A DNA stretch of 26,958 bases from Thermomicrobiales bacterium. Its GTDB lineage: Bacteria; Chloroflexota; Chloroflexia; Thermomicrobiales; UBA6265. Shown here one piece after another: positions 25,551-26,958 of this stretch (within the stretch, counting starts at the first letter, position 1; the number at the start of each line of letters is the position of its first letter). The notes below the pieces were generated by a model. The model ran no database searches. It saw nothing but the letters and a program-made list of their open reading frames with translations, and was not told where the DNA came from. Where the stretch lies: contig JBBQPB010000001.1 in the NCBI GenBank assembly GCA_038331435.1, positions 1 through 26,958 of the forward strand. The letters run 5' to 3'. A program made the position numbers and the translations under genes.

Positions 25551-25671
25551 GCTCCTCTTCCTTTCATTTTGATGGTGCCTCCAATTGCGAACATCGATTG
25601 ATCGGACTGCTCATCTGGCTGCGAGTATGATCCATGCGGCATTCTCGCGATTTTCGTGAAACGTGGCGCAC

Positions 25672-26958
25672 ATGGGTTCGAGCCGGACGATCTCAGACGA
25701 CATCTACTTCCTTGGCGACCTGCTCGGCGAGGTGATTACTGCTCAGGCGGGTACCGACAACTACAACCTCGAAGAAGCAGTTCGGTCGCTTGCAAAAGCG
25801 CACCGCACTGGCGACCCAGGCGCAGGGGCCGAGCTTTCCGCGTTGGTGTCCGGATTGAGTATCGACGAGGCCGTTCTGCTAATTCGCGCCTTTACCAGTT
25901 ACTTCCAGTTGATCAATCTCTCCGAGGACAACGAACGGGTACGCCGTATTCGCCAGCGGGAAGCGGAAGACTTTCCCGCCCCGCGACGTGGCTCGATCCG
26001 CGAGGCGATTCAGGTGCTCAAGGATCGTGGCATGAGCGGCGAAGATGTCGTCGCGCTGCTGCAGCGCGCGCAGGTTCGCCTGGTCATGACCGCGCATCCA
26101 ACCGAAGCGCGTCGCCGAACCATCCTGGAAAAGCAGGCGCGCATCTTCCGCACCCTGCGTGAGCTGGATGAGCAGGATCTGCTTCCGCGCGAGATCGATC
26201 GGGTGCGCGACCGGCTGGCCGCGACCGTGGCCGAGCTCTGGAGCAGTAGCGAAGTGCGCGCGGTGCGCATGAAAGTCAGCGATGAAATTCAGGCCAATCT
26301 GATCCATTTTCGCACCAGCCTCTATCACGTGGTGCCCGAAATCTATCGCGATCTCGAGGAAGCCGTCAGCGATCTCTACCCGGATCATTTCATCCCGGTT
26401 CCATCGTTCCTGACGTTCGGGTCGTGGGTTGGCGGCGACCGGGATGGCAATCCCTTCGTCACACCGGAGGCGACCCGGGAAGCGCTGGTGATGATGCGCG
26501 ATTCCTGCCTGACGTCGCTCGACGAGCGCTTTGGGCAAGTGGCCGGGCGCATCTCAGTGTCGACCATGATTGCCGGAGAGTTTCCGGAGCTGGACGAGCG
26601 GCTGGAACAGAACCGGGTGCGTTTTCCCGAGGTCGCAGCCCGGCTGATGGCCGAGAACGTCGACGAGCCGTTTCGCCAGCTTCTCACGCTCATGCGCGAG
26701 CGGGTGCGCGCCACCCGGTTCGAATCGGCCGGCGCCTATCGCAGCCCCAGCGAACTGCTGGATGATTTGCGCCTGATCGAGCGGACGTTGATCGACCGCG
26801 GCGAAGCGCTCATCACCGGCGGCGACCTGCACGATCTGATCCGCCAGGTAGAGATCTTCGGTTTCCACTATGCCCGGCTCGACATTCGCGATCATTCCCG
26901 CCGGCACGAAAAAGCCATCGACGAATCGTTCCGGCTGACCGGCATCGCAGCGAACTAC
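25672..26958 (+). CDS. ppc: Phosphoenolpyruvate carboxylase (bacterial type), 5' part only, runs off the window
   Basis: Not in the ORF track; translated by hand: MGSSRTISDDIYFLGDLLGEVI...RAFTSYFQLINLSED...VMTAHPTEARRRT...GSWVGGDRDGNPFVT...LDIRDHS. The frame is open to the window end. Confidence 0.95.
   Translation, partial: MGSSRTISDDIYFLGDLLGEVITAQAGTDNYNLEEAVRSLAKAHRTGDPGAGAELSALVSGLSIDEAVLLIRAFTSYFQLINLSEDNERVRRIRQREAEDFPAPRRGSIREAIQVLKDRGMSGEDVVALLQRAQVRLVMTAHPTEARRRTILEKQARIFRTLRELDEQDLLPREIDRVRDRLAATVAELWSSSEVRAVRMKVSDEIQANLIHFRTSLYHVVPEIYRDLEEAVSDLYPDHFIPVPSFLTFGSWVGGDRDGNPFVTPEATREALVMMRDSCLTSLDERFGQVAGRISVSTMIAGEFPELDERLEQNRVRFPEVAARLMAENVDEPFRQLLTLMRERVRATRFESAGAYRSPSELLDDLRLIERTLIDRGEALITGGDLHDLIRQVEIFGFHYARLDIRDHSRRHEKAIDESFRLTGIAANY

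Noticed and set aside
25603-25631. Sigma-70 promoter for ppc (TATGAT at 25626-25631)
   Set aside because: The -10 is plausible, but there is no recognisable -35, so support is too weak to list.
25656-26907. Several ORFs of 86-219 aa at the right end
   Set aside because: All are off-frame or antisense to ppc, whose frame is open from 25672 to the end.
1-26958. CRISPR array, prophage, IS/integrase, tRNA/rRNA or defence genes
   Set aside because: No regularly spaced repeats, cloverleaf or rRNA signatures, or matching protein motifs were found. Nearly all the sequence is accounted for by metabolic and housekeeping genes.

Overview
GC-rich bacterial chromosome segment that is mostly core and metabolic. 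I see no CRISPR array, rRNA/tRNA, integrase, transposase, phage or defence gene. The host is probably Chloroflexota (Thermomicrobiales-like); this is an inference from Q-A-[ST]-P-rich N-termini on exported proteins and from insertions in RimI and TsaD. From left to right: (1) a tartronate-semialdehyde-centred cluster (partial HpcH/HpaI aldolase, RraA/HMG-aldolase-like protein, garR, hyi, a ThDP enzyme) and an S9 peptidase; (2) a minus-strand run tsaB-rimI-tsaD-suhB-hypothetical-Lrp ligand domain-darA-M20 deacylase; (3) an ugpA-ugpE-ugpB glycerophosphodiester ABC transporter without an ATPase, lying in the opposite orientation between tsaE and tsaB; (4) an Fe3+ ABC transporter (fbpABC) coupled to tsaE and divergent from phoX; (5) a MOSC-tartrate dehydrogenase-BKACE operon divergent from a partial ppc. 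Two genes missing from the ORF track run off the window edges (aldolase at 1-410, ppc at 25672-end). Non-coding observations: two REP-like inverted-repeat doublets, a frameshifted remnant of a class III nucleotide cyclase carrying a perfect 13-bp hairpin, and a near-perfect palindrome right after a TTGACA hexamer upstream of ugpA. No unambiguous novel system is proven. The best candidates are the lipobox-less Tat substrates with Q-A-[ST]-P linkers, the phoX/Fe-ABC divergon and the MOSC-TDH-BKACE operon.
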